From NCBI GenBank assembly GCA_036172245.1, contig JAYWIR010000036.1, positions 2,046,001 through 2,110,000 of the forward strand: a stretch of DNA of 64,000 bases, in the 5' to 3' direction. Of the stretch, positions 62,594-64,000 are shown one piece after another. The DNA comes from Raillietiella orientalis. Taxonomy: Eukaryota. The notes beneath the pieces were generated by a model, which saw only the letters and a list, made by a program, of their open reading frames with translations, searched no databases and was not told the origin of the DNA. The translations under genes were made by a program, and so were the position numbers. Positions within the stretch are counted from its first letter, which is position 1, and each line of letters begins with the position of its first letter.

Positions 62594-64000
62594 TTTTGTC
62601 CACAAAGAAGTCTTACTCTTTGCACCATTACATGCTTAGAATGGATTCATTTAATCATTTAACTCCAACTGTAGTTTATCCTTTATGTTAAACTTGCGAT
62701 TCGCAATTTCAGATTGGATTAATGAAATCAATCATATCTTACTTATTTATATTACACCATTCTACACACCAGAAAAAGGAAAAATGATTTTAACTTGTGC
62801 AATGCATTCTTTTCTATCTACCCAGAATTTCAGCCCCTTTCCAAATTTATTAACAGCGCTTTCAAATGCCAAATGAGAAGCCCGACCATTGTGGTTTCCA
62901 TTATTATGGATACTTGGCACCTTTTATGCACCAGATTCACCTCCATTTGATGTCCGTGCATGAACTTCGGTTCACTAGACACAGTGCTCTTACCTTCTCC
63001 CGTCCGGAAAATACCACGTACTTCTTTACGCACATTTGTGCTGATAAGTGCTTTCAATCATTCGTACTTACACCCAGTCAATTCCTTGAAGTCATCAAAA
63101 TGTGCTGCATTTTCTGGAAAATGCCTACCTTCAGTCTTTCACTTCACAACTCTCATAAATTTAACGAACACATTACGTGACATACGATCATTAGATGAAA
63201 CCATGACAACCTCTACAAACGAAAAACTGCAGCTTTAGTAGACAGATACGTTTCCACCCAGATGTCAACTTACTAAGTAAAACTGTACTCGTGTACGTAC
63301 CCCTTAGGACAGCTACTAAAGTGTGAAAGCTGTCAAGAACTGGCTGCTTTTGCCATTAGTTTGACAGGATCTCTCTTTGGTTTGTATTACATGAAATGCT
63401 TTCAATGGGAAACTGGATTACATGACATGACATAGAAAACGCAGAATCGCAAGATTTTTCTTAGAAATTTCCTTCCCATCAAGAAAACGCGAAGGGGAAC
63501 AAAATAACTTCAGCAGCACTGCATTTCAAAGACTGGAATCTGGTAAACTGTACTGCACGTGGCAAACAGCTTAAAGGTCGTTCCAGTTCTTTGGAACTCT
63601 GATCGGCCATAACTCCGAGATACCAGAAATTCACTAGAAATTCATACCTCATTTTTTTTAAGAACTTTCACGAATTTAAACGAATAAGTGTTGTGCCACG
63701 AAGATGTAAAAAAGGTGTAATCAATGATTAAGTAGCATGAATGGAAAGCACTTTTCCTTTATAAAGATCAAAAATTTGAGATACTGTTGAAATAAAGAGT
63801 ACTTATGTTAACAATCCATCCAATTAAGGTTCATAATATATATATTTGCAATTGTTCTCATCAATAGCGCAATGAAAACCTTAAATAAAAGTGGAACGAC
63901 GCCATAATATGACAAATCTGCGTGAAGAATGAAAAATCTGATCGAGAGGACACAAGAGGAGACAATTCTTCAAAGACCTTCCTCGCAACTTTTCTCTGAA

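Noticed and set aside
1..64000. Reassigned stop codon (TGA=Trp) to explain interrupted frames
   Set aside because: CIAO3, ZIP11, NOL11 and SoxE have no in-frame stops, use TGG for Trp, and ZIP11 ends with TGA at the conserved C-terminus.
1..64000. CRISPR array, tRNA/rRNA, or transposase/reverse transcriptase genes
   Set aside because: No regularly spaced repeats, cloverleaf or rRNA motifs, or DDE/RT motifs seen by eye; degenerate copies could have been missed.

Overview
Eukaryotic (protostome animal) genomic DNA with compact, short-intron genes; no prokaryotic operons, CRISPR arrays, rRNA/tRNA or autonomous transposons were seen. The window is a sharp compositional mosaic. Two very GC/CpG-rich domains full of homopolymers and microsatellites (~1-12.1 kb, ~21.7-50 kb) alternate with AT-rich blocks. 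The second GC domain holds a 5-exon SoxE gene (-) and, ~10 kb upstream on the same strand, a bantam microRNA hairpin flanked by TEAD/MEF2/Sox/ETS/E2F motif islands. The AT-rich, CpG-depleted blocks hold housekeeping genes CIAO3/NARFL (+), SLC39A11/ZIP11 (-) and NOL11 (-). Between ZIP11 and NOL11 (53.4-60.3 kb) is a dense cluster of odd elements: an orphan single-pass membrane ORF, an apparently catalytically dead CHD/SNF2 lobe-1-like gene, a divergent Zucchini/PLD6 with an unresolved N-terminus, and a recent, apparently perfect 207-bp inverted duplication with circularly permuted ends (candidate newborn hairpin RNA). Most long ORFs in the GC domains look like compositional artefacts. All exon models and family assignments are manual and from memory; no database search was run.
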